A stretch of DNA of 64,000 nucleotides from a virus. Lineage: Duplodnaviria; Caudoviricetes. The notes below the pieces were generated by a model. The model saw only the letters and a program-made list of their open reading frames with translations, was not told the origin of the DNA and searched no databases. This document shows positions 20,501-31,400 of the stretch, one piece after another. Made by a program: the position numbers and the translations under genes. The DNA is taken from positions 7,842 through 71,841 of the IMG/VR virus record IMGVR_UViG_3300015607_000169. The stretch is one strand, 5' to 3'. How positions within the stretch are numbered: position 1 is the stretch's first letter; each line of letters starts with the position of its first letter.

Positions 20501-21052
20501 AGGATATAGAATTGCTCCATAGAAAGCTTCTAATCCTGATGCTACCCCAACCGCAGATGCTAGTCCATACGAAGCATAGGGAGTTAGTGTAGTTGGATAA
20601 AGGTCAGTATACTTACCATAAGCTCCTACGGAATACGTATTAGCTTTAGCAAAATTCCTATTGATAATTTCAATTGACCCTCTTGGCCCGAAAGTTTTGT
20701 TTGAAAGAACTAAACTTCCTAAGTTACCAAAACTTGCTACTTCAATAAAATAAGGAGCATTAATAACTTCTGGGATTCTCTCTAAGCAAGCACTAAGAGA
20801 AGTGAATATCTTACTGTTGCAGGACGAGGTAGCATCCCCTGACACAACCATTTCAAATCCAGCAACCGCAGATGTTGGGTTTCCAAGCCTTTCCCAAAGA
20901 AGATGAGTTCTTTCCTCTAAGTCTAAAAGGGGAAGATTATCCTGCTCCCAGTTATAGAAAGAACTCGTATCGAATTTAGATACATTTGCAGTCCAACAGC
21001 CATATAAAGCGTTAGATCCTCTAGAAGTGTAAATGTCGGTTAATGAAAACAT
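17597..21052 (-). CDS. Tailspike-like protein with parallel beta-helix (1151 aa)
   Basis: FTSLSACLERIP..INAPYFIEV cap followed by beta-helix-like repeats (IYIRNFTVDG, VLLENCTV, GIKLENS). Confidence 0.7.
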   Translation of the reverse strand: MFSLTDIYTSRGSNALYGCWTANVSKFDTSSFYNWEQDNLPLLDLEERTHLLWERLGNPTSAVAGFEMVVSGDATSSCNSKIFTSLSACLERIPEVINAPYFIEVASFGNLGSLVLSNKTFGPRGSIEIINRNFAKANTYSVGAYGKYTDLYPTTLTPYASYGLASAVGVASGLEAFYGAILYPSTYPTFHKDFSQASSLVLSSLVFSSTGGTMDARLANNLTVFAKKGNEYEYQRLSAGLAAANTATPWTGTNADGRVAFNVYEMAANANEKLSTFDASCVNEQTNTEIVWADAGQDGTLNVGNAIGYGNRLTSIQIIDCDGPIYIRNFTVDGEGYGGREYGIQIKNANDVLLENCTVARCTKAGLLVEDSSVAITRGFVAYRNYGYASSGSRNGVTWNEKIRGGLDTTPIGEGAGILAINSNINLSSTFDRDALITSSILSSISVALIASPSFAGQDWLFSLSRNNVGLYAVNSRIVGGQKEKTSFATDRRSAAYNLFTELNTEAGIKLENSHLEFDGRIITLGNYKGIDANNSTLYTDQLISRYNQKEATKLSNSTFKYNKTLTLPDNSFTGDSTYTVHTNSYIANGTHIKLDNSVYEPFYTSAMPSIYDRFITSGAFGVTQDLAGNYSQKPGIIVDNSSKIRIIHPGIATGDGVETLKAVNGIGISVTNNSEAILEGSSRFATKVIGPTTYNLQKRKSGVFAGNNSEVKIHGPTVIARFAVDAHADSSSKLTFEPHSNGNGRIDASGYSLVTPANHTMVELHSTRACLVATNNSEITMKDLGDYRNNWARGSYGTAALTSGLDYTTNGSEGNTQLYTSAGFMQFFPNPNDAAVLNAGYGVVNPTISLYSVNTFTNNGNWYYFFGSGVGDVSKQADFSGITNGGMCVRALGGSKVNVLNTHFPAGYWSPSSVIYEASGVGAAALCSKLFIWNIADNSLLDAKYISVSGLHPADAAYFGPSGVWNSTSSAPTGTPDTGSVALLDYYGKSTGHTYARSTAANQGPFRLYWSIDPATNWLVTTSATLDGYAPQVFAQGYNFSGNLSAPGTVSAFYTSLLQSNGTSLVASGFYYASAMVVSPRTVKAVLDDSAANTWANAKHNSVGKSGLAKVVSIYFPYTDVYGGDSATSNYKNYGKGVKSVNTFDIERDN

Positions 21053-21057
21053 AATTA

Positions 21058-21669
21058 TTAGCTAAAAGAAATAGTCCACCGGAAGATGTATCCGAGATCC
21101 GAGGTTTTTCTGAAATTAGTAAAGTTCTTATAAGCAACTAGAATTGAAGAATCTGTTGCACGCCCTGTGGGATTCTTCATAAACAACCCAATCTCATTTA
21201 AATAAGCGTCAGCACCATTACGAGAAAGATTATTGCATGAATCCTCATCAATGAATATCGTGTATCTTACACTACGATCATCAATCTTGGTTACCTTACT
21301 AAAAGGAATTGCAGCAAAAATTGGTGTTGGTGATGTTGTATGAACTCCATTCTTTAGTTGAGTTGCACTAAACGCATATAAGTTACTATCACCATTAGTA
21401 GTATACTCAGCGACACTGGATAGCGCCCCTGATAGTTGATAGGTTGAACTTACTTGGGCTCCAGCATTTCCACTTACTCCTAATTGAAATCTATCAATTT
21501 GAAAGTCTACAATTGATTGAGAGCCTAACTTGGAGAAAAAGTAAGCTAATCCTACTCCCATGCCTGATACGATCATGTTACGATCATCGAATATTAGGGT
21601 CTCATTTCCACCTCTAACTTCATGGATAGTTAAATGACCAGTGATATTTAAGTTGCTTTTGATATCCAT
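21058..21669 (-). CDS. Baseplate / tail-collar-like protein (203 aa)
   Basis: N.IV..G, LNEIGLF...LVAYKNF..FRK...FRWTISF pattern typical of fibre-attachment domains. Confidence 0.6.
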   Translation of the reverse strand: MDIKSNLNITGHLTIHEVRGGNETLIFDDRNMIVSGMGVGLAYFFSKLGSQSIVDFQIDRFQLGVSGNAGAQVSSTYQLSGALSSVAEYTTNGDSNLYAFSATQLKNGVHTTSPTPIFAAIPFSKVTKIDDRSVRYTIFIDEDSCNNLSRNGADAYLNEIGLFMKNPTGRATDSSILVAYKNFTNFRKTSDLGYIFRWTISFS

Positions 21670-21670
21670 A

Positions 21671-22636
21671 TTAGAAATTCAATTTTAAGTTGTAGTTTGG
21701 TCCTTTATTTGCTGCATTAGTAGTAGTTCCACTCACTAACGAATACTGATATCCTGAGAATCCCAAAGCATCATCATGCACAAGAAGATCATCCAAGAAT
21801 GTTACTTTTCCTACCAACTTGTAAATACTAGGATTATTTACAGCAGACCAAGTGAAAGGAGGTCTTAATCCTGCTCTTAACATTGCAGGAACATCGAAGC
21901 AATAAAGACCTATATGCTTAATTCCCCCAAATGCCTCTAATGCTGCTGCATCCCCCATTTGGACACAGACGTAAACATCAACTATTGGGGTTGAGGATAT
22001 GGTTGAGTATGCGACGACCTTTGCTCCACTTGTCCATGGTGCAGTTGCAGCGGCGGAACCATTCATTGCAGAAATTCTAATGAATCCACTAGAATCTACT
22101 ACCCCATAGGTATTGAATACCCCGCTTAGATTACCAGAAATAACCAACCCACCAGTAACATTATACATGGCATACTTAGCGGTATTCCCAGAAGGTGGAT
22201 ATCCCCCAATAACATTCCAAGCAGAACTTAAGGATGAATCTATAACTGGATTCCCATAGTGTCCATAGTTAGGGGAAGCTGAATAATTAGATTCAGTTGA
22301 ATTCCTCTCTAACCTGGAATCATATACAGATGGATAACAGGGAAGTGAGCTATAGGTTGAAGAGAAATTAACATAAGTTGCAGACACATGATAAGACGAA
22401 GGTTGTAAGGAGTTGTATCTTACGAACCTAACGAAACCATCATTATACGAGCTTACAGATGAGGAATTAATTATATGGGCATGATACTTAAACCCATCTG
22501 CATCTTTCCCTAAAGTAATTGCCTGGAAAGTATAGTTGGAAACATCCAATATTGCACTAGCAGTTGGAATGCTTCCCAGCGCAGGATTCGTAGACATTAC
22601 TTGAGCTAGTATTTCACCGAAAGAATTCAATATCAT
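21671..22636 (-). CDS. Baseplate structural protein, probable paralogue of 21058..21669
   Basis: IKHIGLY...KLVGKVTF...YNLKLNF echoes the neighbour's LNEIGLF...FRWTISF. Confidence 0.55.
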   Translation of the reverse strand: MILNSFGEILAQVMSTNPALGSIPTASAILDVSNYTFQAITLGKDADGFKYHAHIINSSSVSSYNDGFVRFVRYNSLQPSSYHVSATYVNFSSTYSSLPCYPSVYDSRLERNSTESNYSASPNYGHYGNPVIDSSLSSAWNVIGGYPPSGNTAKYAMYNVTGGLVISGNLSGVFNTYGVVDSSGFIRISAMNGSAAATAPWTSGAKVVAYSTISSTPIVDVYVCVQMGDAAALEAFGGIKHIGLYCFDVPAMLRAGLRPPFTWSAVNNPSIYKLVGKVTFLDDLLVHDDALGFSGYQYSLVSGTTTNAANKGPNYNLKLNF

Positions 22637-25600
22637 TAGAGGTTAACTGATACCAGCTCCTTAAATTGTGTAAATCCTACCAAATAGTAACTTGGGTTTG
22701 TCCAGGTTGACATAATTCTATAATCCAATCTACTTCCACCGTTTGAATACATTATAGAACTTGTTTCTGCGGAATCTCTACTTGCATACCCAGTTTGCGC
22801 ATTCTTTCCTGATATATCATTCCAGAACTTAAAAATGGATCTTATTTGTTCCCTATCCAACTCCACTCGATACTCAGGGCAATATTCCTGTCTTAATGGC
22901 TTATGGTAAGGAGTTCCACTTACCAAGATTTGGGAAATTCTATTAAGAGATTGATTCACAAGATTTACCTTATCAAATAAGATAAGGGTATCCGTAATAT
23001 CAGGTAATGGGAATACTTCAATAAGGTAATTTTGAGTCTTTCTATGAACCTGACCTAAAGACCTAGCATAGTCTGGGGAAGGTAGAGTTACGTTATTCAT
23101 AGTATCGAACTCTACACTAAACTCTTCGAAGTCGTCCTTAGAGAAAGTTAGCAATGGTGAAATGGTTGCCCCACCAGCAATGTCAATACATTGTAGGTGC
23201 TTTGTATTATCTCCGCTCAATCTATTCTTAATAGTGAATCTTCCCTTCTTTGAAAGAGATAATAAGTCCTGATAACTAATTACAGGATCATGGCAAACCC
23301 AACCATTATCAGTCCAAGACCACATCCAGGCTCCTTCTGCTTTCGTATGGATCCAAATTCCTAATTGAGCATTACCTAAATGAAGTCCATCCAAAGATGT
23401 AGCTAAAGCTTTGACATCAAACTTATACTTAGATTCTGGCAATAAGAAATTAGTCTGTAGAGGGTGCCCCTCTTCAACAGGATATGAAGTGTCGATTATA
23501 TTGAATCGGATTCTTGGTAAAGGAGAATACGATTTGCATTGAATGAAAGAATTCTCAAACATATAAGGATCAGCGTCTTTTCTAAGTTGATCCAATGGTA
23601 GTTTGATAACACTAAATGAATTTTTACTTGATCCTCCAAATGGTAGAATTAGGTCTACCCCATCTACTACAGAAGAAACTACTGCATCCGTAGTTCCCTC
23701 AATTGATGAGGCTTGGTAATCATAATCAGACGCAGTAATTTCTATAGGAGCACTCAAAGATGTAGAAGCAAGACTTGAATTTACTCCTAATATCTTAAAC
23801 TCTGAGTTACGTAATATTGATCCGAAAGTATGAGCCCAAATATTGGGTCCATCTAGATAGAACAACTCTTCTGATAATCTATGGCGAGCAAAGTCATTTG
23901 TGTAATATTTGTAATACTGATGGAAATCATATCCAAACGCAAAGTTATAGTAGTCATTCTTTGAATTTGGGAACCATCCACTAGATTCAGTCGCCTGATT
24001 TGCATACCCAAGAGCAGGATTTAGATATGTGGACTCTAATAATGTATTAGAGATATAAGCAGAAGCTTCAATTGTCTTTCTTGCTTCCCCAATGTAGTGC
24101 ATGGTTGCATAGATATCAGGTAACTGTCCACGATCAACAAAATAATTATCTGTGGATGATCCGTTGTATCCTCTGCAATTTAGAGTGTTACTTACATTGT
24201 ATCCATAAATTACTGCTGTTGAATCTAAAGTATAGCATTTAGAATACACTGCTGGGAGATTTAAGTAATCTGTAATGGTCTCATACGCCATTGAACTTGG
24301 AATGAGTCCTAATGGAATTCCACTTAGAGAAGATGCCATAGACCAAGACACAGGCATGTTAAATCCTGTTCGATCGTAATACCCATCCTGTGGCATTAAG
24401 TTCTCATAGGATCTTCTTCTAAACGTATTTCTAGGAACCGAACCTATTCCACCTCTACCATTAAATGCATAGGCCGGGAGAGAGCTAAATGATCCTCGTT
24501 CCGTAATTCTACCAGATGTATTATTACGGGTATACAGATTCATACTTAGCCCGGAGAGACCATAATTTTCCAGACTTCTGACCAGTCCCATACTATCCTT
24601 AATCTCGGAGTCCACAATAGGGTAAGTGGAATCTTCTGAGTAAGCGTAATCAACCGTCGATACTTGAACACTAATTAGAGGTATTGCGTGAGCAGGGGAA
24701 AACTCCCCAACAATTTGAGCAGCAACAATAGCGGCGTCACCACTAGAAACTGAGAAGTCGTCATCTAATTCAAAATTGAATTCATTGCTATCGAAAACTA
24801 ATTTGAAGTGAGAGGACTTTCCATTCCAGAGGCTTGCGTAATTAATCTTCTGATCTGTAACATCTAATACTAAAGTATCTAAATTGGGTGGCTCTTGGTA
24901 TTCTGTAGTAAAGAACAGCCAACTTGTAGACCTAATATCCTCATCTGTATTGATCGTATTGTCCAGAATATAATCCCTGAATTGTAAGGCAAATGTCCTG
25001 TTTACTCCAAAACAAGACAACCTATCCGCCAGGAAATCTACCATATCAGGGGTTAACTCGACGTTAACATAATATGGGTATTCTTCAAATGGAGGAATCT
25101 CATAAGATCTTCCACGATAATTAAACTTGTTATCCTTACCAGGAATCCTGAACCTTTCTGGAAACTTTGTGTATGTCTCTAGAATAATCCTATCTACTGC
25201 TAACTTAATATTGTCTTCCATGCTGGACGTAGAGTATCCAGCGACATGCATACTATTAGCTAAAGGTCTTGTCCAAGTTGAAAAGTTTTTAAAGTAGTCT
25301 GATTCTGTTGCTAATGCATACATCAGCAAGAACGGTATATACGATTCCCAAAGTTCTGTAATACGAGATTCTATATTGAAGATACCCTTAGGAAAGATTG
25401 TATTTAGAGCATACTGAATGGACTTTTTGGTCCCTATTCTTTTATAGATATCTACAGCATTTCTTAGCTGTAATCTCCACCTATCAGGATTGGTGCCAAA
25501 CAGTCTCCATCCTATTAGTTCTGCCAATAGTGGTAGATATTCATCAGGACAATCATTAATACTATAAAGTGACTTAATAGTCTCTACGTCGTTATCAGAA

Positions 25601-26436
25601 TCAAACGCAACGAAGGATATTAGCTTCAAGAACTTCTGGAATGGGCCAGCCGAAGTCTTATTTCTAGTAAGCAGATCTGCACTAATAAAGTCATCAAAAC
25701 GCCCCTTTATACGCAAGTTATCTCTATCTGCGTATAAAGGGGAATACAAGATGTCCATCCAAGTCTTTAGATTGTCTAATCCTTGAGTTCCACTTGTGTA
25801 AGTTCCTGTTGAACTAGCAAATTCTATTGGGTAATATTGAGTTAGATTATTACGCCATAGATATTCAGATAAGACTTTCATACAATCTACCAACTGAATA
25901 TCCTTTCCTTGGTAGATATTATCAATTAGTAAATTTGTTACAAGTGATGAAGGCGAGTATATCATCGCACTTGTATTAAAGAAATAAACCCAGGATAGCT
26001 TCTCGATTAGATACGAATGCGTAAACAGTGTTGGTGCGTTCAGAGCTATCCCAGGTAGTAATGTTCCTGATACGTAAGAAGCGAAATCAGAACTTGTGGC
26101 AAAGTTATTTAAAGACTGTCCAAGTGGCTTGAGAATGTTCCTATTGAAATATTCCGGGGTTACGTGAGTAAGGTTATTCTGCTTAACAAAGAATGGTGCA
26201 ATTCCTTCTACTGTGTTAATAGAACTCCATATGGTATTTGGTATTGCACTTATATTTAAGAGGTTTGATGCAGATACAGCAAATTGAATATGCCCATTTA
26301 CAATCTGATCCTCTAAGTCCACCTCATCACCAAAAGTGGTTAGATCATCCTGAAGATAGAAATTAGGAATAAGATACTTGAATGCCTCGTAATAATTAGG
26401 CTTAAAGAATTCTTGATTGTTAAGGTAATTAGCCAT
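22636..26436 (-). CDS. Baseplate wedge protein with P2 gpI / tail-I domain (gp7-like role), 1266 aa
   Basis: DCPDEYLPLLAELIGW...WRLQLRNAVDIYKRIGTKKSI motif; follows gp6. Confidence 0.8.
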   Translation of the reverse strand: MANYLNNQEFFKPNYYEAFKYLIPNFYLQDDLTTFGDEVDLEDQIVNGHIQFAVSASNLLNISAIPNTIWSSINTVEGIAPFFVKQNNLTHVTPEYFNRNILKPLGQSLNNFATSSDFASYVSGTLLPGIALNAPTLFTHSYLIEKLSWVYFFNTSAMIYSPSSLVTNLLIDNIYQGKDIQLVDCMKVLSEYLWRNNLTQYYPIEFASSTGTYTSGTQGLDNLKTWMDILYSPLYADRDNLRIKGRFDDFISADLLTRNKTSAGPFQKFLKLISFVAFDSDNDVETIKSLYSINDCPDEYLPLLAELIGWRLFGTNPDRWRLQLRNAVDIYKRIGTKKSIQYALNTIFPKGIFNIESRITELWESYIPFLLMYALATESDYFKNFSTWTRPLANSMHVAGYSTSSMEDNIKLAVDRIILETYTKFPERFRIPGKDNKFNYRGRSYEIPPFEEYPYYVNVELTPDMVDFLADRLSCFGVNRTFALQFRDYILDNTINTDEDIRSTSWLFFTTEYQEPPNLDTLVLDVTDQKINYASLWNGKSSHFKLVFDSNEFNFELDDDFSVSSGDAAIVAAQIVGEFSPAHAIPLISVQVSTVDYAYSEDSTYPIVDSEIKDSMGLVRSLENYGLSGLSMNLYTRNNTSGRITERGSFSSLPAYAFNGRGGIGSVPRNTFRRRSYENLMPQDGYYDRTGFNMPVSWSMASSLSGIPLGLIPSSMAYETITDYLNLPAVYSKCYTLDSTAVIYGYNVSNTLNCRGYNGSSTDNYFVDRGQLPDIYATMHYIGEARKTIEASAYISNTLLESTYLNPALGYANQATESSGWFPNSKNDYYNFAFGYDFHQYYKYYTNDFARHRLSEELFYLDGPNIWAHTFGSILRNSEFKILGVNSSLASTSLSAPIEITASDYDYQASSIEGTTDAVVSSVVDGVDLILPFGGSSKNSFSVIKLPLDQLRKDADPYMFENSFIQCKSYSPLPRIRFNIIDTSYPVEEGHPLQTNFLLPESKYKFDVKALATSLDGLHLGNAQLGIWIHTKAEGAWMWSWTDNGWVCHDPVISYQDLLSLSKKGRFTIKNRLSGDNTKHLQCIDIAGGATISPLLTFSKDDFEEFSVEFDTMNNVTLPSPDYARSLGQVHRKTQNYLIEVFPLPDITDTLILFDKVNLVNQSLNRISQILVSGTPYHKPLRQEYCPEYRVELDREQIRSIFKFWNDISGKNAQTGYASRDSAETSSIMYSNGGSRLDYRIMSTWTNPSYYLVGFTQFKELVSVNL

Positions 26437-28022
26437 TAGATATATGAGACATTAATTGTTAAGTTGTTGAGTTGAATTATTTCATTGAATTCAACATGAA
26501 TTGGGCTTTCAACGTTATCAACAGTGGAATACCTAACTTCAATTAAATTAGTTAAGTCTCTCACTAAATCTTGTGGATTAAATGATAGGCCGAAATCCCC
26601 ATTGTCAATATTAAAGTAATCCAAGATTCTAGCCCGAGCTTTTGCAATTATCTCTTCGCTCTTCTTCTGATATCTCTTATCACACTTCAATGTAACAAAT
26701 AAGTCTAAAGTTCTGATTAGACCATCCACTACTACAGGCTCATCTGTTAGCATTTTCTTTTCAGACATTGCCAATAGAAGTTGTCTCTTATATTCTGGGG
26801 TTGCTTTCTTGAGTTGGTTTGTGGTTGCCCTCTCCAGAACGAACAGGTCGATTATATTCGCTGAACTATAAGCTCTTCTTACCACAGCGTTAGCTTTTCC
26901 TGTTGACCCATAAGCAGAAATGAAGCTATTAGCGAAGCTCTTATAGTCTGCTAAAGTTACAAGCCTATCCTGTCTTCGGAAAGTATATGGAGCGTATCTC
27001 TTAGCATGAACGATTGTTTCTGCCTCTGCTCCTCCAGTTGACTCACTTGAATTTTCTAATGTGGCTGTATAGTCATTTCCGCCAATCGAAACTGTTAAAG
27101 GAGCATTCAAAGCTTCCTTCTGCATATTTCCGCGCTCACCTCCACCAATACGATAAGTAATTGTATATCTGTCACCTACCGATGGAGACTTTCCAAATGA
27201 TGCATCTCCAAAGATTACCTTCGCAGCAAATGTGTCATCGGTTGCAATCTGGAATACCTTGTCGTCTAGGCCAGAAGCGAAATAAACATTCTCTTCCTCT
27301 GTATAGATTCCCTGCGTAGTTGGATTACCTTCAATAAAGACTTGAGCACTCTTTTCGATATACGGTCTTTGAGATAATGAGATCGTTTTGATTGATTCGG
27401 GAGAAGTAAAAGTTCCCTCCTCTACAACCAACGCACCTTCAAGTAATATTGCATCAGTTTGAACCACAGTATTAGCATTAGAATAAGATGCGTTAAAGAT
27501 GAGGTCCACGGTATTCGAAGTAAGATCTATTGATCCGTCAGAGTTTACTTTGTATAATGTATACGATACTGATTCACCATCTAGCGGAGAGGTTATTGTT
27601 ACAACTCTATTACTTCCCTGAACAGTAAGGGTTGATCCACTTGGGGATACACTATTAACAGTAATTTTAGCGTTTGCTGCGGCTGCAATTGGACCCTTCA
27701 TCCTTACTCCAATCAGCTCTAGTAACTTTTTAACACTTGATCTACTTCTAGCTGTCTTTAGGAAATTTTCATTAGCTAGATAATCGGACTTAATTGACTG
27801 TATATGACCGACCGTTGCCATTAGTTCAATAAGCATTATACCAAAATCAGATTCCGTAAAGTTGTTGAAATCTAATGGGTATACAGCTTTTGCATAAGCT
27901 AAAAGAGAATCCCTAAAAGTAGTCCAATCACCAGCAGAGTAATCAATAAGTCGGTCTTTGTCCGTGATATCCGATGTTACATACTTTAGAAAGTCTGAAG
28001 TTACTGTTCCTGAGAATTGCAT
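26436..28022 (-). CDS. gp6: Baseplate wedge protein (T4 gp6 / baseplate J family)
   Basis: DFNNFTESDFGIMLIELMA, ENFLKTARSRSSV, FGD..FGK.P, TGGAEAETI, RQDRLVTLADY. Confidence 0.92.
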   Translation of the reverse strand: MQFSGTVTSDFLKYVTSDITDKDRLIDYSAGDWTTFRDSLLAYAKAVYPLDFNNFTESDFGIMLIELMATVGHIQSIKSDYLANENFLKTARSRSSVKKLLELIGVRMKGPIAAAANAKITVNSVSPSGSTLTVQGSNRVVTITSPLDGESVSYTLYKVNSDGSIDLTSNTVDLIFNASYSNANTVVQTDAILLEGALVVEEGTFTSPESIKTISLSQRPYIEKSAQVFIEGNPTTQGIYTEEENVYFASGLDDKVFQIATDDTFAAKVIFGDASFGKSPSVGDRYTITYRIGGGERGNMQKEALNAPLTVSIGGNDYTATLENSSESTGGAEAETIVHAKRYAPYTFRRQDRLVTLADYKSFANSFISAYGSTGKANAVVRRAYSSANIIDLFVLERATTNQLKKATPEYKRQLLLAMSEKKMLTDEPVVVDGLIRTLDLFVTLKCDKRYQKKSEEIIAKARARILDYFNIDNGDFGLSFNPQDLVRDLTNLIEVRYSTVDNVESPIHVEFNEIIQLNNLTINVSYI

Positions 28023-28471
28023 TAGATCTTAATTCCTACGTCAAATACTATATCTTTATCATCCCTGAATGAGCAATACAATCTAACATTAATTGTTTTC
28101 GGGAAGGACTCACTTTGGAATACCTGAATCCTATGCACATCAATGCTTTTAAGGTATCTACTGATAGATTCCAATACCTCTTGCTTAATCAATGAGAAGG
28201 TTACATCATTTAGTTGTTCCATCAAAAACTTCTTAAGATTGCACCCATACTCTGGAAGCATAAACCTCTCCCCTCTAGAAGTTCTGAGTAAGGTCTTTAG
28301 ATTATTCTGGCGTAGTTCCCTTCCAACTGACTTACCAAAATAGCCAGATCTTGGGTTATCCTCCATTGGATACTTAAATCCAGTAATTTTATCAACCTTT
28401 GAAGTTGAAAGAACTTTTGATTGTTGGGAAGGGGATTTCCCATAGATTGTTGTTGATGTTGGTAATGCCAT
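28022..28471 (-). CDS. gp25: Baseplate wedge / sheath initiator (T4 gp25 family)
   Basis: LKTLLRTSRGERFMLPEYGCNL..FLME. Confidence 0.92.
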   Translation of the reverse strand: MALPTSTTIYGKSPSQQSKVLSTSKVDKITGFKYPMEDNPRSGYFGKSVGRELRQNNLKTLLRTSRGERFMLPEYGCNLKKFLMEQLNDVTFSLIKQEVLESISRYLKSIDVHRIQVFQSESFPKTINVRLYCSFRDDKDIVFDVGIKI

Positions 28472-31400
28472 TAGGTTGTATTAAATGTTATATCTGAATC
28501 TACTAACGTTGGATCTGTAGTAGCATCAAAGGTAAAGTAAGTTCTGTAGTTATCCTCAGTGATACTGGCTCCATTTATTACGACATCGGTAAATTGCACA
28601 TGCTTAACTGTGTTTGAAGCATTTAATCCTTGAATCAAGCTACTCAATGTCCCAGGATACCCAGAAACACTAATGTCCTTAAAGATTATCCCTGAATAAT
28701 TTCCAAAAGAAATCCCACTACCCGTCATAAATGGATCATCCAAGTTACCCATCTTTATAAATGGAATACATGAGGATCCTTCAAATCTAATAGAGGATAG
28801 TGTTACATTGAATAAGCCCCAATCATAAGGAGAGGCGGATATCGTAGCAGAAAGACTACTAACGCTTTCATCATAAATCTTAATCAATGCTTGGGAATTT
28901 ATGATTGACGCCGAACTAAGTTGGTAGTTTGCTGCATCAATATTTGTGATTGTTACTGGATAATCCTTGTTTGGATCATATCGTGGTCCGTAGGCTAATG
29001 CAATTGGGCCATTAGCCATTGCATATAGTAAGAGGTTATCATAAGTTGCCGTTGCAGGAGTTGAGCTAACTCTGTATCCAACTCCTACTAAGCAGTCGTC
29101 CGAATTAAATACAATACTATCCCTAAATTCGCATTGACCAGTTACTCTATCTGGAATAATGTAGGGGCCGTCTGTAGACCATACCCAAGGAGAATAGAAT
29201 TTACAATTCCCTATCTTATTAATTCCTACAACAGACCAGAAGGCATAGTTGACAAAGGTAACGCCAGATATAATAAAATTCTTTGCCGAGGATTTACCAG
29301 TGTTTACATAGTCGTCCCAGAAATAGTTCGTTTTTATAGCTACATACCCAGCGTCAAAAACTCCTGATACAGAGCTAAATCCCACACCAGGGAATTGAGC
29401 TACTAGAGCTTCCCTAGTGACCCCATCAGGTGGAGCAATAATCCCAGGTCCAATGAATGATATATCATCCTTCCCATTAAGTAAGAATGTTGCTTTAACA
29501 TAAGCACCCCCGTCTAGATAAACTGTTGTTCCTTCTGCAATACTTGATACTCCAGACCCTACCGTATGAATTCCAGGCCCATAATATAGGCAGTTATCTG
29601 GAATATCAGGCTTTGGAGGATCACAGGAGATAAACAATGGGTTAGATAAGTCTGTGGAATCAGGAGTAATCCAAAGTTTATCAAGTTGATCCATTTCAAG
29701 AATCAATTTCCCACTGGAAAGCAGATAAGATAGATTTCTACTTGCTGGCCGAATGATAGGATTAGTTATAGATGATCCAATTTTGCTAATCCTGACCAAC
29801 GTAGACTTAGGAGTCCCGAAGGTTAAATAATGGACAGTTGGGTAACTACCAGAAGTCCAGAATTGATTAGCATTAGAACTAGGACCACCATTTACAGCAA
29901 TGGCCTGTCTAGATGCTGAGAATACATAAGCATTATCCCAGGAAGATCCATTGTAAACTTCAACAGAATACTTAGTGGAACTTAAGGTGGAGACCCCAGG
30001 ACTATAAACTTCAGTTGAAATTAATTCAGGAGTAGATGAAGGGACATTAACGTTCTTGAACAAACTCCTATTTACTTCAAAGTTTTCTTCGATTTCGCTT
30101 TGAGTTAGTGGTCTAGAATAGAACTTAGTGCTTCCCACATATCCTTCTAATCCTGATCTTGCCCCTCCGTGGGAACCCATAAACCCCATCCCATCTGTGT
30201 ATCCACCACCAATAATCCATGGAGTAAAATAGGAATCCAGCTTAGGACCAGACATAAGGTCATCTGATCCTGTATTTGCCATTGTAGTTTCGTTATACTC
30301 AAAGGAGTTTGGTTGCTTAAACGAAGGAATTCCTAAGTTGGCGATCCTTGGATCAACACCAAAAGTTTGCTCATAACTTGATGTAGCTAATAGGTTTGCA
30401 TCACAGTAGACTTTGATCTCATTGTTGATTGGATCAAATGTGGTTACAATATGCACAAACTCATTTCCAATCGAGGATAAGGAACTTGATTGGAAAATTG
30501 GAACTCTAATGTTGTAATATCCGTCTGAATTAACGCAATCTGCGCTCTTTGAAATAAAGTCAACATCAGTGCCAGTTGAGGTAGTTTTAGCTAAGAATAA
30601 GCAAGCACTATTTAATGGGTTATCAAGTGTAAAGTCTGAAGCAGGGGAATCAAGCGTAATTCTTCTGTCACGAGTAAAACCATAAATAAGTCCGTTAACT
30701 GAATCTCCACTAGATCCTCCATTGATGTTTTCATTTGCTAGTATCAATCTGTAATATTTTTGAAGATCAAACTTAACAGAGAAGTTGTAGGAGTCTATGT
30801 TCAATCCAGGTAAATGAACCCAAGTATCAATCGTAGCTCCAGTTTGATTATACAATAAATCTTGGAATTCCTTCTTCTCGGGTAGTTTGATAAAGCTTCC
30901 AATTCCAGATGGTATAGAAGAGTCCAAGGAACTTTGCTCTGTAATTCCCTTCAAATACACAATTCCGGCTCCCAAGTTGAAGATATCTTCAACAGCCTTA
31001 GTAACCAAAATTGGATCTAACCTATTGCCCAGATCTGAGCTATTGTGAAGCTTGAAATAACCACTATCCTTATCCGACTCCACGTAAAGATAGTTTAATA
31101 AAGCTATTAACCCTTCCTTTGCAATTGTGTGATTTACTGTTAACACTGGCCCATCAACAACTGTCTGATCTGATATGATGGATCCTAGCCCTATGTTTGA
31201 TAAGAGTAAATGGTCTAATTGAACCTTATTGGCCGATTGAACCTGCTGCGTATACTTAGGCTTTAATGGTAGCACAACCGAGGAAACTTCCGCTTGATTG
31301 AATGTGAGTTTTCGTTGCTTTGAGACATCAAACTCAAAATCTATCCCCTCAAGATAGGAGAAGTCATTCACAGGCACTTTTCCAGGTTGATAGGAAATTC

